From an uncultured Acidobacteriota bacterium (lineage in GTDB: Bacteria > Acidobacteriota > Vicinamibacteria > Vicinamibacterales > 2-12-FULL-66-21), in the NCBI GenBank assembly GCA_963797715.1, contig CAWCQS010000011.1, positions 120,802 to 184,801 on the forward strand: a DNA stretch of 64,000 nt. The letters run 5' to 3'. The notes under the pieces were generated by a model. It was not told where the DNA came from. It did not search any database and worked only from the letters and a program-made list of their open reading frames with translations. The translations under genes and the position numbers were made by a program. Shown in pieces: positions 1 through 10,633 of this stretch. Position 1 is the stretch's first letter. Every line of letters begins with the position of its first letter.

Positions 1-179
1 GCAGGCGGTTCATTCGCCACAGGCCGCGCGGCAGGATTGTCTGAGGGACGAAAAGCTTTCCCTACCACGAAAGAGGCGTACGGCTCACCCTCGATCTGGC
101 GATGTGGTTTGCTCCATCGCTCGATACAGTTCTTTTCCTGGCCTAACGAGTGAAGGCCAAGAGCAAGGAGAGGCGCGAC

Positions 180-1006
180 ATGAACACGGTCACCACGAAA
201 GACGGCGTTGAGATCTTCTACAAGGACTGGGGCAAAGGTCAGCCCATCGTGTTCAGCCACGGCTGGCCGCTGTCGGCCGATGACTGGGACACGCAGATGC
301 TGTTCTTCGTCAATCAGGGCTATCGCGTCATCGCCCACGACCGGCGCGGCCACGGACGTTCGACCCAGACGAGTAGCGGCCATGACATGGATCATTACGC
401 CGACGACCTCGCGGCACTGACCGCACATCTCGATCTCAAAGAGGCGGTGCATGTCGGCCACTCGACGGGCGGCGGCGAAGTGGTGCACTACCTGGCACGC
501 CACGGCGAAAGCCGTGTGGCCAAGGCGGCGATCATCAGCGCGGTGCCGCCGTTGATGGTGAAGACGGCGGCCAATCCGGGCGGATTGCCCAAGGAGGTGT
601 TCGACGGCCTTCAGGCGCAGCTCGCCGCCAACCGAGCCTCAGTTCTACTACGACCTGCCTGCGGGACCGTTCTATGGCTTCAACCGGCCTGGTGCGAAAC
701 CCTCTCAGGCCGTGATCTGGAATTGGTGGCGCCAGGGCATGATGGGCGGCGCCAAGGCACACTATGACGGCATTGTCGCTTTCTCCCAGACGGACTTCAG
801 CGAAGACCTGAAGAACATCACCGTGCCGGTCCTCGTGATGCACGGCGATGACGACCAGATCGTTCCGTACGCCGATTCTGGCACCGCTGTCGGCGAAGTT
901 ACTGAAGAACGGCACACTGAAAACCTACAAGGGTTTTCCGCACGGCATGCCCACGACCGAGGCCGACACCATCAACGCCGATCTGCTGGCGTTCCTGAAG
1001 GCGTAA
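180..1006 (+). CDS. cpo: Non-heme chloroperoxidase-like alpha/beta hydrolase (two apparent frameshifts, ~640 and ~880)
   Basis: Motifs [27 protein letters not shown] nucleophile, HGDDDQIVP and GFPHGM across three frames; ends ADLLAFLKA* at TAA 1004-1006; AAGGAG upstream. Confidence 0.9.
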
Positions 1007-1014
1007 CGCTCACC

Positions 1015-1047
1015 GGCCCCTTGACGCATTCGAGATGTCAAGGGGCC
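1015..1047. terminator. Inverted repeat between convergent cpo and secDF (probable bidirectional terminator)
   Basis: GGCCCCTTGAC-11 nt-GTCAAGGGGCC perfect 11-bp stem. Confidence 0.6.
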
Positions 1048-1061
1048 CATGAGTGCCCGCA

Positions 1062-3588
1062 TCATCTCACCGGTAAGATACCTGGCCCGTTGCTCGACGC
1101 GGAGCGCGAACGTTTGCCGAACGCCGTCGACCCACTCAGAAGAATGGCGATCGCCGAGGCGATGAAGACGGTCGAATACGTTCCGGCCGCGACGCCGACG
1201 AGCATCGTGAACGCAAATCCCCGCAGCGCCTCGCCGCCGAAGATGTAGAGTGCGACGACGGAGAGGAACGTCGTCCCGGCGGTGATCACCGTGCGCGACA
1301 GCGTCTGATTCACGCTCAGATTGACGACCGCCTCGAGTCCTTCACCTGGCACCCGCCTCGCATTCTCGCGCACGCGATCGAATATGACGAGGGTGTCGTT
1401 GACCGAGTAGCCGACGATCGTGAGCAGTGCGGCGATGACATTCAGCGACAGGTCGTAACCAGCCAGTGAGACGCAGGCAAGCGTCACGAGCACATCGTGC
1501 AACGTTGCCGCGACCGCACCGGCGGCAAACGCCGCACGGAAACGTATGCCGATATAGACCGCGATAGCGGCAAGGGATGTGCCGACGGCGTATATCCCGC
1601 GGCGCTGCAAGTCGCTGCCGACGGACGCACTGACGAGCTCGCGCTTTTCAACGGAGAACTCGGGAAGGCCTGAAGCCTGCAGCGCCTGCGTCACCCGTCG
1701 AACTGTGCCGTCCAAGCCCTCCGTAGCCAACGGCGCGACCGGTAGCCGAATGAGGAACTGGTGTTCGGCAGGGTCCCCGTACCGTTGTACGACAGCATCA
1801 CCAGGCAATCCCGAGACCGCCGTCCGCACGCGCTCCTCGGTCACTCCGTCTTGTGGAAATTCCACGACTACCATGGTGCCGCCGGAAAAGTCGATGCCCA
1901 GGCTGACGCCCTTGGTGAGCACCGTCGCCAGCCCAGCGCCGACGATGACGAGCGACAGGGCGAGCGCGTGCCAACGCCACCGCGTGAAGTCTGCGCGCGA
2001 GGTGGCGAATAGTTGTGAGCGTCCGACGCCAAGCGTGTGAGACGTGGGACGGCGTCGCAGCGCCACCTCGAACAACGTGCGCGAGACGAACACCGCGGTG
2101 AAGACGTTGGCCAGCAGGCCGATCGCCAGGGTTGTCGCAAAGCCGCGAATCGCCGTGGTGCCAAACTGAAAGAGGAAGGCGGCGGCAATCAACGAGGTGA
2201 CGTGCGTGTCGACAATAGTCAGCCAGACGCGCGTGAAAGCGGCTTTGACCGCGGACCGTGGCCCCTGGGCCGTGGCGAGCTCTTCTCTGAGCCGCTCGAA
2301 GATCAACACGTTCGAATCGACACCCATGCCGATGGTGAGAATCAAGCCAGCGATCCCCGGCAGCGTAAGAGTCACCGGGATGTAGGCCATGATGGCCAGG
2401 AGGATGAGCAGGTTCAAGACGACGGAGATCAACGCGTTGACGCCCGCCAACCGGTAGTACGAGAGCATGAACAGCAAAACGAGCCCGAGGCCGCCGAGCG
2501 ACGCCATCACGCCGTCGCGAACCGACGCGGCACCAAGACTCGCGCCGACCGTGCGCTCCTCGACATACTCGAGATCTGCCGGCAGCGCACCCGAGTTCAG
2601 GTTGATGACTTGCTCGATCATCTCTTCCCGGCTGACGCCAGCGATTTGCCCCTGATCGTTGATGCGGGACTGAATCGTCGCGACCGACATGACGCGGCTG
2701 TCGAGCACCGTCGCGAGCGGGCGATTGATGTTGCGCTCGGTGATGGCGCCAAACCGCCGTGCCGCGTCCGGCTTGAGCGTGAAGCCCACCGCCGGACGGT
2801 TGAATTCGTCGAGCGCGTGCCGCGCGCTTCGAAGGTCGGTGCCCGTAAGCGCCGGCGCCCGCTGGACCACGTAGAAGAGCGTGCTGCCCGGTTCGCCTCG
2901 GTCCGTCTTTCCCGGCAGAATCTCCAGCTCCGACGGCAGCGTGTTGCCATAGGCCAGGAGTGCGGCGTCGCTGCTTGCGAACGGCCCCTGATCGACCAGT
3001 GTCAGCCGGAGCTGCGCCGTTGACTTGATGATCTCTTTGGCACGATCGACATCTGAGACACCTGGCAGCTCCACGAGGATCTGGTCGGCAGCGGTATAGC
3101 GCGCGACCACCGACTCGGCGACGCCCAGTTCGTTGACCCGCCGGTCCACAGTGCGGAGGGCCTGCTCGACAACCTCATCGCGAAGCGCGCTCGCGACGCC
3201 CGCAGGCAGGCGGAACGTATAGGTACCAGTCGATGAGGTGCGTTCGATACGCCGGGGCAGACTCGTCTGCCGCGCGCCTGAGGCCTGACTCATCTTCGAC
3301 GCCGTGAACACGAAACTCCGTTGCACTGACGGCTTCTACCGCGGAGAACGAGACCTGCGCTTCGCTGAGCGTGGTGCGCAGCCGCTCTGCAGCGGCCTGC
3401 GTCTGAATCAACAGCGCATCGTTCGTCTTTACGCGTAAGACGAGCTGCACCCCGCCGTTCAGGTCGAGCCCCAGTTTGAGCGACGTCTGGAGTGGATAGA
3501 TCATCCAGAGCGCTAGTGCGATGACGCCGATGATGGCGAGCACACGATTGCGCGTGCTCGCGCCGACGAACGAGATTTTGGTACGCAT
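1062..3588 (-). CDS. secDF: Fused protein translocase subunit SecDF (apparent frameshift ~3250)
   Basis: LKLGLDLNGG in ORF 3175-3609; RRVNELGVAE, LTLPGIAGLILTIGMGVDSNVLIFER (SecD), LGIDFSGG, GYSVNDTLVIFDRVRE and TLSRT (SecF) in ORF 1062-3326; SD GGAGG upstream of ATG 3588. Confidence 0.95.
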
Positions 3589-3654
3589 GACTGATCCTCC
3601 TGCCCACACGAAGACACACCTGTAGTTGCGTGGCCGCGAAGAAGGGATCGCGGA

Positions 3655-3999
3655 TCAGATCAGGAGGGGCGTGTGTCGGAGGTAGACCGGTCCGGAACGA
3701 ACCGACGGGTGTTGCGGGCCAGACGGGCGTGCCGTCTCAACGGCGCGCGCCGAAAGAACGGCGGCGAGCGCCGCGTGCACCGGCGCGGACTTCCAAACGG
3801 ATTCAGAGACCGCCGCAATCGTGCGACGTTGTGCTTGCCAATGCTGATCAGAATCGCTGTGGCCGTGCGAGCTACCCGCGAGCAGACAAGGGCCGACCGC
3901 GGACATCGTGCTGATGTCGTCGGCCGGCGCGGGCGCCGTGCGAGCGGCGGCCCACAGAAGAGCGGACACGCCGATCGCGAGAAGGATCAAGCGACGCAC
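3655..3999 (-). CDS. 114-aa signal-peptide upstream ORF of secDF; candidate translation-arrest leader (monitoring substrate)
   Basis: GTG start; MRRLILLAIGVSALLWAAA signal-like N-terminus; low-complexity linker; C-terminus RSGPVYLRHTPLLI*; 66 nt upstream of secDF on the same strand. Confidence 0.7.
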   Translation of the reverse strand: MRRLILLAIGVSALLWAAARTAPAPADDISTMSAVGPCLLAGSSHGHSDSDQHWQAQRRTIAAVSESVWKSAPVHAALAAVLSARAVETARPSGPQHPSVRSGPVYLRHTPLLI

Positions 4000-4005
4000 T
4001 CGGCT

Positions 4006-4034
4006 ATTCTGACCTGTGACAGCGATACCGTCAA
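4006..4034 (-). promoter_or_regulatory. sigma70-type promoter for the uORF-secDF unit (probably leaderless transcript)
   Basis: Minus strand TTGACG-N17-CAGAAT; only 6 nt between the -10 box and the GTG at 3999. Confidence 0.65.
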
Positions 4035-4048
4035 ACCGCGGATGCAAC

Positions 4049-6126
4049 CTACGGCGTAACCACGAGTTGTGGGGCATTCGCAGTCTCTCGCGCGCTGAAC
4101 GTGACGTAGGGCAACGTGTCCGCGGCGCCCTTGATCGCAATGGCGACTGAGTTCGTTCCGGCCGCTCGCAAGGCCTGGACCTGCGATGTGATGTTGATTT
4201 CGTACCATTTCGCAGTCGTGCCCGAGACCGTCACCGTTGGCCACGTACCTGGTCCAACAGCGGGCCTGTTGTTCCACGTCACCGCCGTCTCGGTCCAGCC
4301 GTTCGTGGCGACCGGGACGATGGCCGCCATGACGCTCGACACCCGCGTGTCTGAGAGTTTTCCGAACAGCCGCAGGCGGACGGTCTGTCCGGTTTTAACG
4401 GCGCTGATATCCAGCCTCATGTACGATTCGCGCAGGTACGCGGCGTCCGTGCTGTATTTGACGACGAGCTCGGTGCCGTTGCCATAGTTGGTGTTCGCGT
4501 ACTGACCGCCTCGGACGTAGGCATCGGCAACGATGCGGCTCGCATCGCTCGGCGGAGCCGGAGCGCTTCCGGCCGTCGTAAAGGCCCAGATCGAGCCGGC
4601 GATCGATCGAGCCGGTGCGTTCAACGGCCCGCCGCCGTCGCCAATCATGGTCTTGCCACGAACCCTCCAGAGGTACGTCTTGCCAGGGGCGAGCCCTGCA
4701 GGGCACGCGGAGACGAACGGTGCCGGCGGCGCGCACGGATTGAACGATTCTTTGTTCGAGCTGACCCCCGCGGTGGCCGAGCCGGGCATGAAATTCTGCG
4801 CGATGAGCGGCGGTGGGTTGGTCGTGCCGAAGTAGATATCGTATTTGTGCGCCCACCAGCCGCCTTCCCACTTCAGCGTGACGGATGACGCGATGCCGAC
4901 GGCACCGTTTGCCGGCGAGGAGTTCACCGGTGTGTCCGGCAAGCCCGGCGTGTAGTTGACGTATTGCGCTGGAGTGACGGCCGTCCCGTCCGCTCGGGTG
5001 TTGTTCCACTTTCGCAGAAACTGTTCCTTGAGCCAGTCTACGAACCAGGTCTTTCTCGTGAAGTAGTTGTGCTCGCGCTGAATGTCGAGGATGATGACGT
5101 CCAGTTGGACGAACCGAAGATCCCCATGTCCACGCCGTGGAGCACGACCGACTTCTGGTGCATGTCCTGCTCGGTACCGCTGTCTTTCCATTTGATGGGG
5201 ATGCCCGCCAGGTACATCCGGTCGACGTTGTAGGAATGCCAGAAGTACGTCGTATTCCGATACTGCCGCCGGTCGGTGATGAGGCGAACCGGAACTCCCG
5301 CCTTGACGCGACGAATCATTTCGTCGGTAGGCTTGGCGGACGTGATGCGGAACATGACGACGTCGATTTGCTGCGTCTCGTTCTTCATCTGGGCGATGAG
5401 ACGATTCATGGTAGTCCTCGTCTGGCGGAAAGTTCAATTCTGGATCCAAGTCATTCTCCGAATACGTCGGATAGGTTCGCGTCAGCGGACCCGAGATGTT
5501 CGCGAGGTTGCGGTAGTGCGTGGTATTCGTCCAGAGGTCGTCGTACTTGTTCATGAAGGTCTGGACGACTTTTTCATCGGTGGTGAAATAGATCGCCTCG
5601 TCCACGTACTTGAAATATTCTCCGCCCGCTTCCGACGGCGAGTACGAGCCGTTGGCGAAGTTCGCTGCGCTGAAGTGGACGGCGCTCTGTCCTCTGTACA
5701 GCATCATCTTCCAGTGATTGATGCCGTTCGTAAACTTGTGGCGGATCGGTATCCCGGCATCGATGAACGACTGCCTGATGGTCACTGAAGCCGGGTAGAG
5801 CAGTCGGAGCGGAGATCGAGCAGGATCCTCACCGGGACGCCAGCCTTCCACCTCTTGATGATCTCGCTCGAGTAACGCCAATCGGTCATGAACCAGTACC
5901 AGACATCGATTCCGGCCTTCTCGTTCCGGATCATCTGGAGGATTGTGGCGCGGCAGTCCTCGTACGCGTTGTCGCAGAGCCTATCGGCCGGCGCCACCAC
6001 CTGGGCAGGGGATGGCGTTGCAGAGATCAGGATCAGAGTGAGCGCTGTCACCGCGGTAGTGCAGCTGAGCAGCCTTGAGGTGCAATATCCGAGCTGGGGG
6101 ATCACGTTCGGGGTCCTTTCGTGCAT
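4049..6126 (-). CDS. Secreted phospholipase D-like protein (two HxK domains) with FN3-like and C-terminal DNRLRE/CBM96-like domain (several frameshifts)
   Basis: Signal peptide; two repeats of IDV..F.....I..R.KAGVPVR; NHWKMMLY...FSAANF and MHQKSVVL...FGSSNWT; C-terminal ADAYVRGG..ANTNYG...RESYMRLD...WTETAVTWNNRP...FSARE...PQLVV. Confidence 0.8.
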
Positions 6127-6230
6127 GCGAGCGGGTCTCGCGCCGCGCAGCACTACCTTCCTGCATTAATAACGTTCGAAAGGCTCGAGCGAATGCGGCT
6201 GAACGAAAATTGTTCGTACAGTCGGTACTG

Positions 6231-6244
6231 GCAATCACTGTGCC
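6231..6244 (-). promoter_or_regulatory. sigma54 (-24/-12) promoter upstream of the PLD-like gene
   Basis: Minus strand GGCAC-AGTGA-TTGC matches the GGCAC-N5-TTGC consensus, ~105 nt upstream of the start. Confidence 0.6.
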
Positions 6245-6721
6245 CTTTTGCAGCGAGCAAAAGCGGCGCTATTTTCAGAGTCTCGAGGGCGAGACGATAC
6301 GGCCACTATCCTTTAGGTGATAGCGCTCGCCTTTTGGATCGTGCCGCCGGAGGAGGCTTGACTTGTGAATGGGCCGCAGTGCTCGTCATTTACGACGATT
6401 CGACGTCGAAACGCCACCACGAACACGTGCGCGCAAACCCTGGAGATCTTGCACGAGCAACTACGTAATCCCAGAGCTAATCGGAGTATTTTACCATCGT
6501 CAGCTCATCGAGCGATACACACGAACGTCACAGCTGCCTGGCTCACCGCCGGATACGCCTCAGCTGAGCTCTCGAGCCACACGTAGTTCGCGGCTTGGCC
6601 CGCGCGTACGCGAACTGCTCCACAGCGCACGCGTGTACCTCGCGCTCGCACCCATTCGCCCTAGACCAGAAGCCGGAACGACGACGCTACCTGCTGGAAT
6701 AGCCGGGGGGCGACTGGTCAC

Positions 6722-8723
6722 TTACTCCACCCTGAATCGCACGGCGCGGCCGCTCGTGTGCCGATTAGCCGACGCGTCTAGCCTGAGGAGATACTCGCCC
6801 GGCGTGAGCGTCGCGAGCGGCAGGGTGATCACGCAATCCGTCCGGCGACTGGCGAAAGAGGACTCAGGGAACGGCAGCGACTGATCCCGCAGCGCAGTGC
6901 CCTTGGCGTCGAGAATGCGCACGCGCATCACGACTGGCACCAGCGCGTCGGTGCGCTGCGTGCCCTGATAGATCTGAAGCACTCCACGCACGACATCGCT
7001 GCGCTTGAATGCGCGGCGGGTAGTCGGCTTCGCGGCACCCGCATCATTGCTCGCCGTCTCGACGCTCAGCCCGGACAGCGAGAGCGGCGCATTGTCAAAG
7101 TCGGGAACCGTGATGTCCGAGAACACGCTCGCCACTTTGCCCGAGGCCGCGTCCGAGACCGCGACGCGGAGCCCGTAATCGCCAGGCTGTAGTTCGAGGT
7201 GCGATTGTACGTTCACCTCGATTGGCGAACCCGACGTGAGAAGCATCGCCGTGATCGTGGACGTCTGGCGCGCGGAAGCGACAGGTTTGCCAGTTCGGTC
7301 GACGGCAGCAACGGCAACGTCCAGCGGCACGGGGGCGCCATCGCTGCGCGCAAACGCGCCGGCGTCCACGTTTACGCGGACGAGAGGATTGGCCTTCCCG
7401 GCGTTGGAGAATGCGGTGACGCCGAGCGACAGCGGCACACCAGCGTTGGGCAGCAATCCGCTCAGCGCGTCCTCGACGGTCGACGGCGCCCGCGCGTCAT
7501 CGGCCTGAGCGTTGGCTGCCGGCGTTGCCGGGACATACTGCCGTTGCGCGACCACGCGAAGCCCCTTACGACCGACTTTGACCTGGAGCGAGCGCGCGGC
7601 GTCGGGCCGTGCAGACACCGCACGCTCGACACCGATCACGTAGTAGGCGTCGCTCTCACGGAAGATGTCGGGAATTGTCTGCTCGGGGTTGTTATTTCCC
7701 ACCACGACGCGGCCTCCCGTGCGATCGGGCAGAACACTCAGATTCTCGCGGTCGAGTAGCGTGTTGCTCAGGCCGGATTGCAGCGATTGCAACGCAGACG
7801 CCGGCGGGCGGTTCGTCGCTGATGCCTGCGACTGCGGTGCTGCGTTGACGAGGCCCTGTGGATCGATCGAGTGCACGGTCAGGTTCGCTCGGTCGATCGC
7901 CGTGAACATGACGCCCCGAGCATCCTTGAGCCGCGTCTCGCACCCGGGATCCTGATAAGCGGTCGCGATCGGACGGTTCGCTTGCCAGATCATGCTGCTA
8001 CCGATGAAGAGGAGCACCTTTCGCCGCCGCGGCGTGCCCTGCACGGCCTCGGCCACCCGCGTGATCGTCTCGAGCACGCAGAGTCCACACAAGCAGCGAG
8101 AATCGTTCAACGGGTCGATCTTGAACGGCGCCTGCGGCGGATTCATGATCCCCAAGGCGGTCCCAGACATACCCGTGCTCGGATCGGCCGCGTTGATGGC
8201 GTCCAGCAGCCTGGCGCGGTCCACGGTCAGGTTTTGAACCGCGCGCGTCTGCACGGCGCTGTTGTTCGTGGAGACGACGGCCGCCAGGTCGTGAGGGCCC
8301 AACAATTGGACCGCGGTCGTGGCGATCTTGCGCGCAGTCACTGTCGGTTGCTCCTGAGGAATTGTCCGATCCATCAGGATGACGACCAGCCGTCCGTCCT
8401 CTTCGCTTATCTGGTTTGTGACGACGTCGGGAGCAACATCGCCGGCCCAGACTGCCTCGTTCGCGCGCGGCCGCGCCAGCTCGATCGGCGTGAATGCGCG
8501 AATCGGCGTCTCGACGCCGTTGTCGAGTACCGGTGAAGTCCGCGGCGGTAAGGCCGCTCACGGGTTGCCGCTTGCTATCCAGGACGACGACGTCGAGCTG
8601 GAGCAGCTCGACGCCGGCGCGGAATTGCGGGCGTTCGCTCTGCACTTGCGCGAGGAGGCCCGCCGACGAAAGGATGGCGAGGCCACCGAATCCGATAATG
8701 CAGCTGAGTGAGCGCAGACGCAT
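6722..8723 (-). CDS. VWA domain-containing protein, Acidobacterial type (frameshifts near 8380-8530)
   Basis: QFRAGVELLQLDVVVLDSKRQPVSGLTAADF; RRKVLLFIG; ANLTVHSIDPQGL; TGG...YYVIG; C-terminal Ig-like domains. Confidence 0.85.
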
Positions 8724-8818
8724 GGCTACTCCCGGACGGCAGGCTTCGCTCGGGCAGGGTGGCTGGCGCGCCAAGTGTAGCGTCTCACCACGCCCCTCGC
8801 TGCTGAATTCGTCTGGTG

Positions 8819-9307
8819 TTATTTTGGGGGCTGCTGAATGGGTGTTCCCTGTGCAGAGACGATCTGCCATGTGCCGCCGCGACGTACGAAGACATCGGTC
8901 CAGCGAAAACGTCCGCTGATGTCCTGGCCCTTGTACTTCCCTTTGTCGCTCGTCACATACGTCACCACGGCGGAGTCGCCGTAGGCGCGCACCTTCATGT
9001 CGGAGATTTCAGACGACTCCACGACCAGGTCTCCCGATTTCAGGTCGGCGACCAATTGTGACTTCGTCTGCAGCGAACCATCGGGAGTAGTCAAGGCGGC
9101 GTCGTCGGCGAAGACGCGCGCGAACCCGGCAACGTCGTGCTTGAGTAGAGCCGCGAGCGTGTCGTGCTCGAGGTTCATCAGCGTTTGCTCGACGCTTCCG
9201 GCGGCTGGCTTTGGGGTCGGCGGTTTCGGTTTGGTGTCGGGTGCCTGGGCGGAGGCGGCGGGCGCCATCGCCATCACGAGCGCCACGATGAGTGGTGCGA
9301 TCTTCAT
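8819..9307 (-). CDS. Secreted NTF2/SnoaL-like (DUF4440) protein
   Basis: Signal peptide; KVRAYGDSAVV...GRFRWTDVFVRRGGTWQIV pattern. Confidence 0.85.
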   Translation of the reverse strand: MKIAPLIVALVMAMAPAASAQAPDTKPKPPTPKPAAGSVEQTLMNLEHDTLAALLKHDVAGFARVFADDAALTTPDGSLQTKSQLVADLKSGDLVVESSEISDMKVRAYGDSAVVTYVTSDKGKYKGQDISGRFRWTDVFVRRGGTWQIVSAQGTPIQQPPK

Positions 9308-9414
9308 AACGTTCTGCTCCTTGTGCGTTGTGTTGTCCGGGGTGAATGCTCGCAGCGAGCAATGCAGAGTAGCCTAGTTGACGGATGTTTTCACGAAATT
9401 GATGTGGTGCAATC

Positions 9415-10104
9415 ATGACGCTGATTCATACGCGCAGCCTGTCGGAAACGGTCGACGCCGTGAACGAGGCGGCCTTCTATGGCCACGCCATTTCTGCCCC
9501 GGACCGTCGGGAGGTCGCGCGTTGGATTGCGGCGCGTCAGGGTGCGCCGGGCGCGTACGGCCAGCTCTTTGCCGGATTTCCGTCGGAGTCCGCGTCAGGA
9601 ATCCGGTTGTTCACAGGTGAGCGAGTCACGTCGGCATCCGCGCGTCACATCCTCGGGGAAGAATCATGTCGCGCGCTGTTACTGCTCGAGAGCGATGACG
9701 CGATGGCGACAGCCGCGCTCAACCGGGCGATGGCCTGGATCATCGACCGCGTGGAAAAGGCGGCGTCGCATGCGCCCAGGAACAACGCCGGCGTGTTTTG
9801 TTGTGGCAAATGCACGGTTGGCGTCTGGCGGAACATCCTCGCGGGCGGATTCGATCGGCCCGATCAGCGGTTGCGACTTGGGCTGGCGAAGTTGCATTCG
9901 ATGCGTGATGGCAGGGGAGAGTGGCGCGCCTTTCCGTTCTGGTACACGGTGCTCGCCCTGGCCGACATGGATCTCGACGAGGCGCGCGCCGAGTTGCGCT
10001 ACGCCTCGGCGCGCATCAACGCAGAGGCGAAGCGGGCCGCTGGCGCGAGCCCATGTGCGAAACGTCGCAATGCGCTGGCTCGTGCCGCGGTCAAACGACT
10101 CTGA
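9415..10104 (+). CDS. Hypothetical alpha-helical protein with CCxxC motif
   Basis: 229-aa uninterrupted ORF; FCCGKC, WRAFPFWYTVLAL. Confidence 0.7.
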   Translation: MTLIHTRSLSETVDAVNEAAFYGHAISAPDRREVARWIAARQGAPGAYGQLFAGFPSESASGIRLFTGERVTSASARHILGEESCRALLLLESDDAMATAALNRAMAWIIDRVEKAASHAPRNNAGVFCCGKCTVGVWRNILAGGFDRPDQRLRLGLAKLHSMRDGRGEWRAFPFWYTVLALADMDLDEARAELRYASARINAEAKRAAGASPCAKRRNALARAAVKRL

Positions 10105-10276
10105 GGTCCTCGCTCAGCGTCCCTACCGACGACTCGATCTCGCGTTTGAGCTCCGCAAGAGTGCCGGCCCATTGCCTATCTGGATGTCGCTCGATCAGGT
10201 GGTCAAGCAGCTCGAGGGCGGCAACCGAGCCTCCAAGATGGTCGTTCAGGTACGTTGTCAGTGCTTTTGTGGACAT
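10091..10276 (-). pseudogene. Probable truncated remnant of a 'YLNDH' helical hypothetical protein
   Basis: MSTKALTTYLNDHLGGSVAALELLDHL with GGAGAGG RBS; stops after ~61 aa, overlapping the convergent gene. Confidence 0.5.
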
Positions 10277-10416
10277 TCCCCTCTCCATTCGAAGCACACC
10301 CTGCAAAGACGCTGACGCCGGGTGTTGCGCCGTCTACTTGGGCTGCGTTTTGCAGAATCAAAGATGCTTGGGCGCGGCCACCGACGTGAGTGGAAGGGCG
10401 GAGAAGGAGGGGAGAT

Positions 10417-10569
10417 ATGTCACAGCTATACAAGATGTCGCGAAAAGGGCCCAGTTTCGGCAGCTACGCAGTGTCAATCATCGCCGGGGCGGTGCTGGCG
10501 TCGATTGTCGTGTGCGTCGTCGCGAATCTCCGTGACATCAAGCGATATATCCGGATTAGCACGATGTAG
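10417..10569 (+). CDS. Small single-TM membrane protein (DUF6893-like), absent from the ORF track
   Basis: AAGGAGG RBS; MSQLYKMSRKGPSFGSYAVSIIAGAVLASIVVCVVANLRDIKRYIRISTM* (50 aa). Confidence 0.7.
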   Translation: MSQLYKMSRKGPSFGSYAVSIIAGAVLASIVVCVVANLRDIKRYIRISTM

Positions 10570-10633
10570 CTCTGTCTTCGCCTGACGATGTACCTGCCAT
10601 TGGCGGCCCCGCGGTTGAGTTAGAGCACCGGCT

